Assembly (NCBI GenBank): GCA_028749235.1
Contig: JAQULS010000002.1
Location: 1 to 52,112 of the forward strand
Direction: 5' to 3'
Source: Acidobacteriota bacterium
GTDB taxonomy: Bacteria > Acidobacteriota > Aminicenantia > Aminicenantales > UBA4085
Length of the DNA: 52,112 nucleotides
The notes under the pieces are model-generated. The model had not been told where the DNA came from, ran no database searches, and saw only the letters and a list, made by a program, of their open reading frames with translations. The translations under genes were made by a program, and so were the position numbers. Below are positions 36,963-46,604 of the stretch, piece after piece (positions within the stretch are counted from its first letter, which is position 1; each line of letters opens with the position of its first letter).

Positions 36963-37220
36963 ATATTTCTCTTCGGCTTTTAGCTCTTTACCATCAAACT
37001 AATCAAATTTGACACTTTTTGTCAACAAATTTTGTCACTTCTCCCCCCTTCTCCAACAAAGAAGACGTTTGGGATGGCAAATTTTCTCTCTATACTCGCC
37101 TGAGATTATGGTCCAGCCCGTCCGGCCGGTCAATCCCCGGGCCGGACGATCGCCCCGGTGATATTCTCCCACGCCGTCTCATCCCAAGGGGGGATGGGGA
37201 CGGGTCGCGGCAGAAGAGAG

Positions 37221-37294
37221 CGCGCCTGGAGAGACTCGAACTCCCGACCCGCTGCTTAGAAGGCAGCTGCTCTATCCACCTGAGCTACAGGCGC
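37221..37294 (-). tRNA. tRNA-Arg (anticodon TCT)
   Basis: Hand-folded cloverleaf: acceptor GCGCCTG/CAGGCGC, D stem GCTC/GAGC, anticodon stem GCTGC/GCAGC with loop CTTCTAA, T arm GGGAG-TTCGAGT-CTCTC. No encoded CCA. Confidence 0.9.
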
Positions 37295-37321
37295 GCATCG
37301 TCGATCGCGGCGGAAGGGACA

Positions 37322-37395
37322 TCGGGGAGGACGGATTTGAACCGTCGACCTCTTGCTCCCAAGGCAAGCGCGCTGCCAGGCTGCGCCACTCCCCG
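37322..37395 (-). tRNA. tRNA-Pro (anticodon TGG)
   Basis: Hand-folded: acceptor CGGGGAG/CTCCCCG, D stem GCGC/GCGC, anticodon stem CTTGC/GCAAG with loop CTTGGGA, T arm GACGG-TTCAAAT-CCGTC. Confidence 0.9.
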
Positions 37396-37448
37396 TCCAA
37401 AGGCCCGCTCATCGTAACAGCGGGCCGATTTCTTGTCAATTTAACGGG

Positions 37449-39176
37449 TTAACGGCGTCCCAATCCTCTCTCAAACGCCGCCCGGTCGAGCCGGACGACG
37501 ATCGGCCGGCCGTGCGGGCAGACCGCCGGATTGGAGGTCCGGAAGAGCTCCCGGACGAGAAATTCCATTTTCTCGCGGGGCAGTCGCTCGCCGGCCTTGA
37601 TCGCAGTCTTGCAGGCCATGGTGGCCAGGACGCGGGATTTCCGCTCCTCGGCTTTGCGCGTCCGGACGTCTTCCAGCAGGGCCAGGAACGCGACCAGCGC
37701 TTCCTGCGGTCCGAAGACGTCCGGGTACTCGCGCAAGGCATAGCTTCGGCCGCCCATCGGTTCGACCCGGAAGCCGGACTCCTCGAGCAGAGCCCGGCCC
37801 GCATCCAGGGCCACGGCTTGGGACGGCGAGGCTTCGAAGACCAAGGGAATAAGGGCCGTCTGGACCGGCCAGCTCCGGCCGCGATCGATCTCGGCGTAGC
37901 GGTCGTAGAGGATCCGCTCGTGGGCGTTGTGCTGGTCGACGACCAGAAGCCCGTCCGCGTCGGCGGCGATGATATAGGCGTCGGCATACTGGCCGAGAAC
38001 GCGCAATTCGGGCGGTCCATCCGTTTCTCCGGCCAGCCCGCCGGCGCCGCCCGCCGCAACCGGCCCGGTATCGGCGACGCGGAAGGGAAGATCCTCGCCG
38101 GGAAACGGCTCCCCCGGAATGTACGCAACCATCTCCGGCTCCCCGGCCGGAGCTTCCGGACGCGGGACCGCGACCGCCTTGACGCCTCCGGCCTGGCGCC
38201 GGGACTTGTCGACGGCCCGCAGGACGAGCTGGAAGATCGGAGTCGAGGCGCGGAAGCGGACTTCGGACTTGGCCGGATGGACGTTGACGTCGACCTCGCC
38301 CGGCGGCACGGTCAGGAAGAGGAACGCTTCCGGGGCGCGATCCTTCTCCAAGAAGCCTCGGTAGGCCTGGTTGAGAGCCGAGGAGAGGATCTTGTCGCGG
38401 ACGGGGCGCTTGTTGACGAAGAAGAGCTGGTGCGTCCGGTTGGACCGGCCCGCGGGCGGCCGCGAGGCCAGCCCGGAGAGCCGCATCCCGCTCTCGGTGA
38501 ATTCCACTTCCATCAGCCCGTCCAGGGCGGCCCGGCCGTAGAGCTGGAAGATCCGTTCGCGCAAGCCCTCCACGGGCGGGCAGCTCAAGACGCTCCGCGT
38601 CCCGTGCACGGCCGAAAGCCGCAGCTTGGGATAAGCCAGGGCGACACCGGTCAGGTACTTGACGATCTGGCCCAGCTCGGCCGTGTCGCCCTGCAGGAAC
38701 TTCCGCCGGGCCGGTAGGTTGAAAAACAGGTCGCGGACTTCGATGGCGGCGCCGCGCGGAAAGGCGATGGACGAAACGGAGGGCTTCCCTCCGCCCTCGA
38801 TGTCGACGCGGGTTCCGGCCTCGGCTCCGCCCTCCGATGTCTTCAGGGTCAGCCGCGACACGGCGGCGATCGAGGCCAGCGCCTCGCCCCGGAAGCCCAG
38901 GGTGGAGATGGCGGCCAGGTCGTCCTCGCGGGAAATCTTGCTGGTCGAGTGCCGCTCGAAGCAAAGCTCGGCGTCGCGCCGGCTCATGCCCTGGCCGTCG
39001 TCTCGGACCGCGAGCATCGATTTGCCGCCGTTGGCCAGCTCGACGGCGATCTCCGAGGCGCCCGCATCGAGGGAGTTTTCGACCAGCTCCTTGACCACGG
39101 ACACGGGCCGCTCGATGACCTCGCCGGCCGCGATCTTGCGGGCCACTTCGGGCGGGAGAAGCGCGATCCGGTTCAC
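37449..39176 (-). CDS. mutL: DNA mismatch repair protein MutL
   Basis: N-terminal GHKL ATPase IAAGEVIERPVSVVKELVENSLDAG. C-terminal endonuclease-type region. Confidence 0.92.
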   Translation of the reverse strand: MNRIALLPPEVARKIAAGEVIERPVSVVKELVENSLDAGASEIAVELANGGKSMLAVRDDGQGMSRRDAELCFERHSTSKISREDDLAAISTLGFRGEALASIAAVSRLTLKTSEGGAEAGTRVDIEGGGKPSVSSIAFPRGAAIEVRDLFFNLPARRKFLQGDTAELGQIVKYLTGVALAYPKLRLSAVHGTRSVLSCPPVEGLRERIFQLYGRAALDGLMEVEFTESGMRLSGLASRPPAGRSNRTHQLFFVNKRPVRDKILSSALNQAYRGFLEKDRAPEAFLFLTVPPGEVDVNVHPAKSEVRFRASTPIFQLVLRAVDKSRRQAGGVKAVAVPRPEAPAGEPEMVAYIPGEPFPGEDLPFRVADTGPVAAGGAGGLAGETDGPPELRVLGQYADAYIIAADADGLLVVDQHNAHERILYDRYAEIDRGRSWPVQTALIPLVFEASPSQAVALDAGRALLEESGFRVEPMGGRSYALREYPDVFGPQEALVAFLALLEDVRTRKAEERKSRVLATMACKTAIKAGERLPREKMEFLVRELFRTSNPAVCPHGRPIVVRLDRAAFERGLGRR

Positions 39177-40420
39177 GACAGCAGCTCTCCCCGCGCCCGT
39201 TCGCCGCCGGTCTCGGTGATCCGGACCCGGACGGCTTCGCCCCGGACGGGACGGCCGCCGAAGGCTTCGACGTCGATGGCGTTGCCGGTCAGGACATCGG
39301 CTCCGTCCGGCCGCGGCCGGATGGCGATGCCGTCGAGAACGCGGCCCTCAAATCGGGTCCGGAAGGCCCGGCTCTTTTCCCGCGACAGAGCCCGCAGCCG
39401 GACCGCCCGCTGTTTGCGAACGGACCCGTCCACCTGGGTCCGGGAGGCCGCCGCCGTTCCCGGCCGCGGCGAAAAAGCGAAGACGTGGATATAAGCCAGC
39501 GGCGAACGCTCGATCATGGCGAACGTCCGCCGGAAATCATCCGCCGTCTCGCCGGGGAACCCGGCCATGATGTCGGCGCCGAGCGCGGCTTCGGGCACGG
39601 CCGCGGCCAGGCGGGCCAGCAGGCCTTCGTTCTCCTCCGCGGCGGGGGCGCGCCCCATGGCCTTGAGCACGGCGTTCGAGCCGTGCTGAAGCGACAGGTG
39701 GAATTGCGGCCTGATCCGGGGGCCGGACGCCAGAATGTCCACAAGTTCGGGCGTGATCAGCCGCGGATCGAGTGAGCTCAACCGGATCCACGGCCCCTCG
39801 GAGGCGGCCCGGAGCACGCCCAGAAGCTCCGCTAGGCTCGTCCGCGGCTCGAGGTCCCGCCCGTAAGAGCTGAGATGGATGCCCGACAGCACGACTTCAC
39901 GGTAGCCGCGGGCGTAAAGGCCGGCGACGGAATCGGCGACCCGGTCGGCGGCCAGGCTCCGGCCGCGGCCGCGGACCGACGGGATGACGCAGAAGGCGCA
40001 GGCCCGGTCGCAGCCGTCCTGGATCTTGAGAAAAGCCCGCGCCCGCGGGCGCGAGGCCGGAGCCGCCGGCATCGCGGACGGCCAGCCGGCCAGGGCCGCT
40101 TCCGTCAAGCCGTCCTTGCCGGAATTGGGCACGACCCGCCAGACGCCGTCCAGGCGGGCGAGATCGTCGGCCGCCCGCTCGGCCAGGCAGCCGGTGACGA
40201 CGATGCGGGCGGAGGGATTTTCGCGGGCCGTCCGGCGGATGAACTTGAAGGCATCGCGGTCGGCCCGGGCGGTCAGGGTACAGGTGTTGACGACGACGAG
40301 ATCCTCACGGCCCGGCTCGGCCGGCGGCCGCAGCCCCCGGGCTTGAAAAGCCTCGGCCCAGGCGAACGCTTCGGCCCGATTGACCCGGCAGCCGAAGTTG
40401 CGGATGGAGAACGAGGTCAT
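39173..40420 (-). CDS. mtaB: MiaB-like radical SAM tRNA methylthiotransferase (MtaB-like)
   Basis: N-terminal UPF0004 cysteines (FGCRVN...), radical SAM GCDRACAFC and a C-terminal TRAM-like region. Confidence 0.75.
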   Translation of the reverse strand: MTSFSIRNFGCRVNRAEAFAWAEAFQARGLRPPAEPGREDLVVVNTCTLTARADRDAFKFIRRTARENPSARIVVTGCLAERAADDLARLDGVWRVVPNSGKDGLTEAALAGWPSAMPAAPASRPRARAFLKIQDGCDRACAFCVIPSVRGRGRSLAADRVADSVAGLYARGYREVVLSGIHLSSYGRDLEPRTSLAELLGVLRAASEGPWIRLSSLDPRLITPELVDILASGPRIRPQFHLSLQHGSNAVLKAMGRAPAAEENEGLLARLAAAVPEAALGADIMAGFPGETADDFRRTFAMIERSPLAYIHVFAFSPRPGTAAASRTQVDGSVRKQRAVRLRALSREKSRAFRTRFEGRVLDGIAIRPRPDGADVLTGNAIDVEAFGGRPVRGEAVRVRITETGGERARGELLS

Positions 40421-40908
40421 TGACCCTGCTTGACCTTCTCCGAATCCGCCTCGACCTGGGCCGCCAAGCGGCCCTTGAACTCGGCCAGTTTGCGCCGCAG
40501 GCCGGCGTTCTTGACGGCCAGGATCTGGACGGCCAGCAGGGCCGCGTTGGCCGCGCCGGTCTTGCCGGTGCCCATGGTGGCCACCGGGACGCCCCGGGGC
40601 ATCTGGACGGTCGAAAGGAGGGCGTCCAGGCCGCCCAGCCCGCCGCTCTCCACGGGAACGCCGATGACGGGCCGGGTCGTATGGGCCGCTACGACGCCGC
40701 CCAGGTGAGCGGCCTTGCCGGCCACGGCGATGAAAACCTCGGTCCCTTCGGCCTCGCCCCGACGGACGAGCTCGACCGTGCGGTCGGGCGAACGGTGGGC
40801 CGACGTCACCTCCAGGGCGAACGGCACGTCGAACGCCTTCAGCGTGTCGAGGGCGTCCTTGACGATCTCCTGATCGGATGGGCTGCCGATTAAAATCATC
40901 ACATCCAT
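40417..40908 (-). CDS. purE: 5-(carboxyamino)imidazole ribonucleotide mutase
   Basis: [16 protein letters not shown] and [12 protein letters not shown] motifs. GAGGAG RBS. Confidence 0.92.
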   Translation of the reverse strand: MDVMILIGSPSDQEIVKDALDTLKAFDVPFALEVTSAHRSPDRTVELVRRGEAEGTEVFIAVAGKAAHLGGVVAAHTTRPVIGVPVESGGLGGLDALLSTVQMPRGVPVATMGTGKTGAANAALLAVQILAVKNAGLRRKLAEFKGRLAAQVEADSEKVKQGQ

Positions 40909-40921
40909 ATCGGGCTCCTCT

Positions 40922-42199
40922 TTAGACCGGCTCGGCCGCCGCGCCGATGTCGCTCCGGTAGTGCGCGCCATCGAACTCGATTTCCGACGCCGCCGCGTAG
41001 ATGCGGTCCATGGCGTCCTTGAGGGTCCGGCCCGCGGCGCAGACGCCCAGGACGCGGCCGCCGCTCGTCCGGTAGGCGCCGTTTTCGAACTGGGTTCCGG
41101 CGTGGAAGACGGCGATACCGGGCTTCGCGGCGGCGGTTTCCAGGCCGCGGATGAGGCGGCCTTTTTCGTACGGCCCGGGATAGCCGCCCGAAGCCAGGAT
41201 GACGCAGCCGGCCGCCTTCGCGTTCCAGCGGACCTCGTCGGCCAGGACGTTGCCGTCGATGGCCGCATTGAGGATGTCGACCAGGTCGCTCTCCAGGCGC
41301 AGCATCTGCGGCTGGGTCTCCGGATCGCCGAAGCGGCAGTTGTACTCCAGCACCTTGGGCCCCTCCGCCGTCAGCATCAGGCCGCAGTAGAGGGCGCCCT
41401 TGTAGGTCCGGCCCTCTTCCTTCATCCGGGTGACGGTGGGCAGGACGATCGTGCTCATGACTTGGGCGAAAAGGGCCCGATCCACGTGCGGCGAAGGCGA
41501 GATCGTGCCCATGCCGCCCGTGTTGGGGCCCTTGCCTCCGTCGTAAGCGGCCTTGTGGTCCATGGTCGTCACCAGCGGCAGGACCTGGGTCCCATCGGAG
41601 ATGACGATGAAGGACGTCTCGCGGCCGCGCAGGAACTCCTCGATCAGCAGGTGGTCGCCGGCGCTCCCGAACTGCCGCTCGACCAGGATCGCCCGCACGG
41701 CCGCCTCGGCTTCCGCCGGGGTCCCGGCGATGATGACGCCCTTGCCGGCGGCCAAGCCGTCGGCTTTCAGGACGACGGGCCAGCCGAGCTCGCCCGATTG
41801 GAGGACGGCCCGGGCCTTGTCGGCGGAATCGGCCGTCTTGAAGCGGCCGGTCGGGATCTTATGACGGGCCATGAACTGCTTGGCGAAGATCTTGGAGCTT
41901 TCCAGCTCGGCCGCTTTGCGGGTCGGGCCGAAGACGCGCAAGCCCTTGCTCTCGAAGGCGTCGACCAAGCCCAGCGAGAGCGGGACCTCCGGACCGACCA
42001 CGGTCAGGTCGATGCCGGACTGGAGCGCGAAATCGGCCAGCTTGGCCACGTCGTGGTCGGAGATCGGGATGTTTTCGGCCACCAGCCGCGTCCCGCCGTT
42101 TCCCGGCGCGCAGGAGATCCGGGTCGCTTTGGGGCTCTGGGCCAGCTTCCAGGCCAGGGCGTGTTCCCGGCCACCCGAGCCGACGACCAGTATCTTCAT
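40922..42199 (-). CDS. purD: Phosphoribosylamine--glycine ligase
   Basis: MKILVVGSGGREHALAWKL start and ATP-grasp body. Typical length. Confidence 0.93.
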   Translation of the reverse strand: MKILVVGSGGREHALAWKLAQSPKATRISCAPGNGGTRLVAENIPISDHDVAKLADFALQSGIDLTVVGPEVPLSLGLVDAFESKGLRVFGPTRKAAELESSKIFAKQFMARHKIPTGRFKTADSADKARAVLQSGELGWPVVLKADGLAAGKGVIIAGTPAEAEAAVRAILVERQFGSAGDHLLIEEFLRGRETSFIVISDGTQVLPLVTTMDHKAAYDGGKGPNTGGMGTISPSPHVDRALFAQVMSTIVLPTVTRMKEEGRTYKGALYCGLMLTAEGPKVLEYNCRFGDPETQPQMLRLESDLVDILNAAIDGNVLADEVRWNAKAAGCVILASGGYPGPYEKGRLIRGLETAAAKPGIAVFHAGTQFENGAYRTSGGRVLGVCAAGRTLKDAMDRIYAAASEIEFDGAHYRSDIGAAAEPV

Positions 42200-42200
42200 G

Positions 42201-43637
42201 TCAGACCAGCTTGGCAAGATTTTCGGCGAAGCGGGCGGCGAAGTCCGGCTCCGGGACGGCCGAGGCGACGATCCGGGCGGCCAGCGGCACGGCCTGCTCG
42301 AGCGGCACGCAGTAGCGCATCTCCAGGAAGCCCTTGCGGAAGGCGGCCACTTCGTCCTTGACGGCGCGGTTGCGGATGATGCAGTCGGCCATGTACCCGG
42401 CCAGCCGGTCGAAATCCGGTTCGGTCATGCCGAAGCGGGTCATCTCCTGGACGCCGATCCGGAGGCCGGAGGAGTCCAGGAAGGTCTCGTCGTCGGGCAG
42501 GGCCTGGTAGTTGACGATGATGTTGTTGTCCTCCAGCCGGCGGGCGATGGCCATGCCGGGGCCGAACGACTTGACCCGGGCCAGGACCTGGTGCGTCTCG
42601 GTGTAGCCCTTGGCCGGATCGCCCTCGATCGGGACGCCGTGGGCGGCCAGCGACTTGGCCAGGGACTTGGCGTTCCGCTGGACCGCGGCCTGGTACTCGC
42701 CCTTGAAGGCATTCATTTCATAGGTCGCCATGAGCAGGCCGAGCAGGGTGCCCAGGTGGTGGTTGGACGTCGAGCCGGGGAAGGCCCGCGACCGGATGTC
42801 GACCCACAGCGGGCGCAACGGACTGGCCTTGGCGATGTTGCCGGCCACGACCCCGCGCTGGGGGCCGAAGAAGGTCTTGTGGGTGCTGCCGGTGACGATA
42901 TCCGCCCCCTCGGCGAACGGCTCTTGGAAGGCGCCGTAAAGGCCGAGGACGTGGGCCATGTCGAACATCAGGATGGGACGATGCGGCCAGTCACGGACGA
43001 TGTCGGCCACGAAGCGGACCGGCTCGCGGGTGATGAACATGCTCTTGCCGAAGATGACGAGTTCGGGCTTGTGCGTCTCCAGGATGCCGGCCAGGGCCTC
43101 CAGGTCGGCCTCGTAGGGGTTGTCCTTGCGGACGGGGAAGTTGACCACGTTCTCCTTGCCGGTGGCCGGATCCTCCTCAATCCAGTTGTAGAGCGCGCCC
43201 ATCGGCTGGGCGCTCAAGTGGCCGCCCTTGCCCAGGTCGTTGTTCATGACCATCCGCATGCGGCGCGAGGCGGCGCCGGCGGCCTTGCCCCGGTTGAGGT
43301 ACTTGACGACGCCCTTGAAGACGACCTCGTTGGCCATTTGGCCGCTGATGGGACGCAGCTCCAGATCGGAGCAGCCGAAGTAGAGGGCCAGCTCGCGCTG
43401 GGCTTCAATCTCGATATCGCGGATGAAGTCGATACCCTGGTAGAAGTAGACTTCCTCGCCCTTCATCGCCCGGTGCTCGGCGTAGCGGCCGGAGGGATCC
43501 GAGATCTCGCACATTTTGACCAGCAGCGACGGCGAGGACTCGGACGGGATGAGGTTGAAGCACTTTTTTTGGCGCCAGGTATTGTTGCCCTCGACCTTGC
43601 GGCAGAGGGCTTCGGTCTTTTCGGAGAAAGATGCCAT
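42201..43637 (-). CDS. Divergent serine hydroxymethyltransferase-like PLP enzyme
   Basis: NLIPSESSPS and GSTHKTFFGPQRG (PLP-Lys) resemble the SHMT motifs ELIASEN and TTHKTLRGPRGG. The protein is longer (478 aa) and otherwise divergent. Confidence 0.7.
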   Translation of the reverse strand: MASFSEKTEALCRKVEGNNTWRQKKCFNLIPSESSPSLLVKMCEISDPSGRYAEHRAMKGEEVYFYQGIDFIRDIEIEAQRELALYFGCSDLELRPISGQMANEVVFKGVVKYLNRGKAAGAASRRMRMVMNNDLGKGGHLSAQPMGALYNWIEEDPATGKENVVNFPVRKDNPYEADLEALAGILETHKPELVIFGKSMFITREPVRFVADIVRDWPHRPILMFDMAHVLGLYGAFQEPFAEGADIVTGSTHKTFFGPQRGVVAGNIAKASPLRPLWVDIRSRAFPGSTSNHHLGTLLGLLMATYEMNAFKGEYQAAVQRNAKSLAKSLAAHGVPIEGDPAKGYTETHQVLARVKSFGPGMAIARRLEDNNIIVNYQALPDDETFLDSSGLRIGVQEMTRFGMTEPDFDRLAGYMADCIIRNRAVKDEVAAFRKGFLEMRYCVPLEQAVPLAARIVASAVPEPDFAARFAENLAKLV

Positions 43638-43657
43638 AAAAGCGGTCTCCTTGTGCC

Positions 43658-44128
43658 TTATATTTTCGCGGCGTTCCGGCCGCCGCAGCGGCGTTCTTCC
43701 ACGGCCCGGATCTTGTCCAGTCGGCGCTGATGGCGCCCGCCTTCAAACGGCGTGTCCAGCCAGATGCGGACGATGGCCAGGCCCTCGTCGAGGGTCAGGA
43801 CCCGCCCGCCCAGAGCCAGGCAGTTCGAGTCGTTGTGGCGGCGGCTCATTTCCGCCGTATACGCGTTCCAACAGACGGTGGCCCGGATACCGGGCAACTT
43901 GTTGGCCACGATGGACATGCCCATCCCCGTGCCGCAGACCAGGATGGCCCGGTCGTGGCCGCCGGCGACCACCGAAGCGGCCGCCGCCTCCCCCAGGTCG
44001 ACGTAGTCGACGGCCTCGCCGGCCTGGGAACCGAAGTCGGTAAAATCGATGCCGCGGCCGGCCAGGAACGGGCCGATGGCTGCCTTGAGGTCGAATCCGG
44101 CGTGATCGGATGCCAGGGCGATCTTCAT
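43658..44128 (-). CDS. rpiB: Ribose-5-phosphate isomerase B
   Basis: MKIALASDHAGFDLK and LVCGTGMGMSIVANK motifs. Confidence 0.9.
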   Translation of the reverse strand: MKIALASDHAGFDLKAAIGPFLAGRGIDFTDFGSQAGEAVDYVDLGEAAAASVVAGGHDRAILVCGTGMGMSIVANKLPGIRATVCWNAYTAEMSRRHNDSNCLALGGRVLTLDEGLAIVRIWLDTPFEGGRHQRRLDKIRAVEERRCGGRNAAKI

Positions 44129-44169
44129 CGCTCTCCCCTCGGCCGAGCCCTCATCGTCAACGGCCCGGC

Positions 44170-45732
44170 CTACTCGATGAACTTGGCCGCCTCGGGCACC
44201 AGCTCGAGGGCCCGCAGGATCTGGGGGTCGGTCCGCTCGAATGCTTTCCAGCCCTCCTCCTGCCCCCACAGCGCGGAAGCGATTTCCCGCTCCAGCTCCC
44301 TCTTCAGATCGGGCTCGGCTTCCTTGAACCGCTTGGCATCGACATCGAACGAGCCGGCCCGCAGAAAAGCCCGGAAATCCTCCAGCACCCGGTCGTCGGC
44401 CAGGAACGGCTTGGCCACCGGGGTTCGGCCCTTGGACCCGCCCGCGGGATCACCGGGGAAAAAGAGGGTTTTGCCGAGCGGCGTCAAGTGCGAAACCAGC
44501 TTGCGGGTATAGGCGAAGAAGGCGCCGCGCCCCCGGAGCTCGAAGGTGTAGGTCTTGAGAGTGAAGGGAACGGCCACATCGGGCGTGATGCCGCCCTGGC
44601 CCAGGACCTTGCGGCCCTTGGACGTCGTCTTGACCTCGCGCGGCTTGTCGGCGGCCACCTTGTCCAGGAGGTAATCGTCCAGCCGGCTGTAGTCGCGCTG
44701 GATGGAGCGGCCGCTCGGCGTGTAGTACTTGGCGATGGTGATGGCCACGGCCATGTCCGGGCCGAGCGGGAACATCTGCTGGACCAGGCCCTTGCCCCAG
44801 GAGTCCGCGCCCACGACCAGGCCGCGATCATTGTCCATGATCGCCCCGGCCACGATCTCCGAGGCGGAGGCGCTGCCCTGGTCGATAAGCACGAGGAGGG
44901 GGACCTTCTCGTAAGGGTCGCTGCGAAGGGCGGCGAAGTCGCGGTCGAAGGCGCGGTTCCGGCCTTTCATCGAGACGACCATTTCGTTCCTCGGGAGGAA
45001 GAGGTCGGAGATCTCGATGGCCTGGACGAGGGGACCGCCGGCGTTGCCGCGCAAGTCGAGGATCAGGCTCTTCATGCCCAGCTCGGTGAGCTGCGCCAGC
45101 TTGGCCCGAAGCTCCTCGGTCGTAGCCTCGGCGAAATAGCGGATCAGCACGTACCCGACGTCGCCGGGCAGCAGGAAGGCGTAAGGGACGCTGTAAAGGG
45201 GGATTTCGGCCCGCTCGATGGTCAGCTCGATCGGCTTGGCCAGTCCTTCGCGGATGAAGGTGATGTCGACCTTGGTCCCCTTCGGGCCGCGCAGCTTGTT
45301 GACGGCGTCCTGGGCCGAGATCGGCTGGGTGTCCTCGCCGTTGATGCGGGAGATGATGTCGGCCGGCTGAACGCCCAGCCGCCAGGCCGGCGTGCCTTCC
45401 ATCGGCGAGACGACGACCAGTTGGCCCGCCTGTTTCTGGATCTGCATCCCGACGCCGAAGTACTTGCCCCTCTGCTCCTCGGCCATGCGGGAGAAGCTGT
45501 CCGGCTCGAGGAGGTAGGAATGCGGGTCGAGCGTCTGGAGCATGCCCTTGACCGCTTCCTGGGCCAGGTCATTCTCGTTCACCGGCTTATAGTAGGCGCG
45601 CTGGACGAGATTCATCATGTCTTCGATTTTGTTAAGCCCGTTCTGCCAAATCTCGTCATCGACGCCGAACGGACGGACAAGGAGGGCGAAGGAAAAGAGG
45701 ACGCCGACCAGGATCCAAGCGGTCTTGCGCAT
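44170..45732 (-). CDS. S41 family C-terminal processing peptidase with PDZ domain
   Basis: Signal/TM N-terminus, PDZ segment (GVGMQI...GTPAWRLGVQPADII) and catalytic region GSASASEI. Confidence 0.88.
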   Translation of the reverse strand: MRKTAWILVGVLFSFALLVRPFGVDDEIWQNGLNKIEDMMNLVQRAYYKPVNENDLAQEAVKGMLQTLDPHSYLLEPDSFSRMAEEQRGKYFGVGMQIQKQAGQLVVVSPMEGTPAWRLGVQPADIISRINGEDTQPISAQDAVNKLRGPKGTKVDITFIREGLAKPIELTIERAEIPLYSVPYAFLLPGDVGYVLIRYFAEATTEELRAKLAQLTELGMKSLILDLRGNAGGPLVQAIEISDLFLPRNEMVVSMKGRNRAFDRDFAALRSDPYEKVPLLVLIDQGSASASEIVAGAIMDNDRGLVVGADSWGKGLVQQMFPLGPDMAVAITIAKYYTPSGRSIQRDYSRLDDYLLDKVAADKPREVKTTSKGRKVLGQGGITPDVAVPFTLKTYTFELRGRGAFFAYTRKLVSHLTPLGKTLFFPGDPAGGSKGRTPVAKPFLADDRVLEDFRAFLRAGSFDVDAKRFKEAEPDLKRELEREIASALWGQEEGWKAFERTDPQILRALELVPEAAKFIE

Positions 45733-45931
45733 GTGCGTCAGGGGAGGATTATTCTAACAGAGGGGGGTACCCAAGTAAAGGAGGGCGAGGGATGCGGGGG
45801 TTCGCTCTGGTTACGGATCGACTCCTTCGCGATTGGATGCAAGGCAAACGGAGAAGGCTTCCTCGGTGAGGTGGGACTCCTCGTTCATCCCCCGTTAATG
45901 AAGAATCATGGCATAATAGGTGCGAATCGCC

Positions 45932-46603
45932 ATGCGCCTGCTGATCATCGAAGACAACCGCACCCTTCTCAAGAGCCTTAAAAAAGGGCTGCAAGAGGAG
46001 TCGTTCGCGGTCGATACGGCCGAGGACGGCGAGGAAGGGCTGTTTCTGGCCCAGGCCAACGACTACGACGTCATTCTCCTCGACCTGATGCTCCCCAAGA
46101 TCGACGGCCGGACGCTGCTGCAGAAGCTCCGGGTCCAAGGCCTGAAGACTCACATCCTCATCTTGACGGCGCGGGACGCGGCGGAAGACAAGATCGAGGG
46201 GCTGAATGCCGGGGCGGATGATTACCTGACCAAGCCCTTCCGGTTCGAGGAGCTGCTGGCCCGCATCCGCGCCCTGCTTCGGCGGAAGTACGGAACCAAG
46301 AACCCGTGCCTGACCATCGACGACCTGAAAATCGACACCGCGACGCATGCCGTCGTCCGGGCCGGGCTGCCCGTCGCCCTTCAGCCCAAGGAATATGCCC
46401 TCCTCGAATTCCTCGCTCACCGGGAGGGCGAAATCGTCTCCCGGACCGAGATCTGGGAGCACCTTTATGACTGGCAGGATGACACGACCAGCAATCTGAT
46501 CGATGTCTTCATCAGCCGGCTGCGCAAGAAAATCAACCGGCCCGGGCTCCGCCCCTTAATCCAGACCGTCAGGGGCGCCGGATATCTTCTGAAGGCGGAG
46601 TAG
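45932..46603 (+). CDS. OmpR-family response regulator
   Basis: Receiver domain (MRLLIIEDN, ILLDLMLPK) and a winged-helix output domain (IQTVRGAGYLL). Confidence 0.88.
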   Translation: MRLLIIEDNRTLLKSLKKGLQEESFAVDTAEDGEEGLFLAQANDYDVILLDLMLPKIDGRTLLQKLRVQGLKTHILILTARDAAEDKIEGLNAGADDYLTKPFRFEELLARIRALLRRKYGTKNPCLTIDDLKIDTATHAVVRAGLPVALQPKEYALLEFLAHREGEIVSRTEIWEHLYDWQDDTTSNLIDVFISRLRKKINRPGLRPLIQTVRGAGYLLKAE

Positions 46604-46604
46604 C

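Noticed and set aside
37221-37294. tRNA with apparent CTA anticodon (amber suppressor), which would have explained the in-frame TAGs
   Set aside because: That reading used a mis-registered anticodon stem. With the correct GCTGC/GCAGC stem the loop is CTTCTAA and the anticodon is TCT (Arg).
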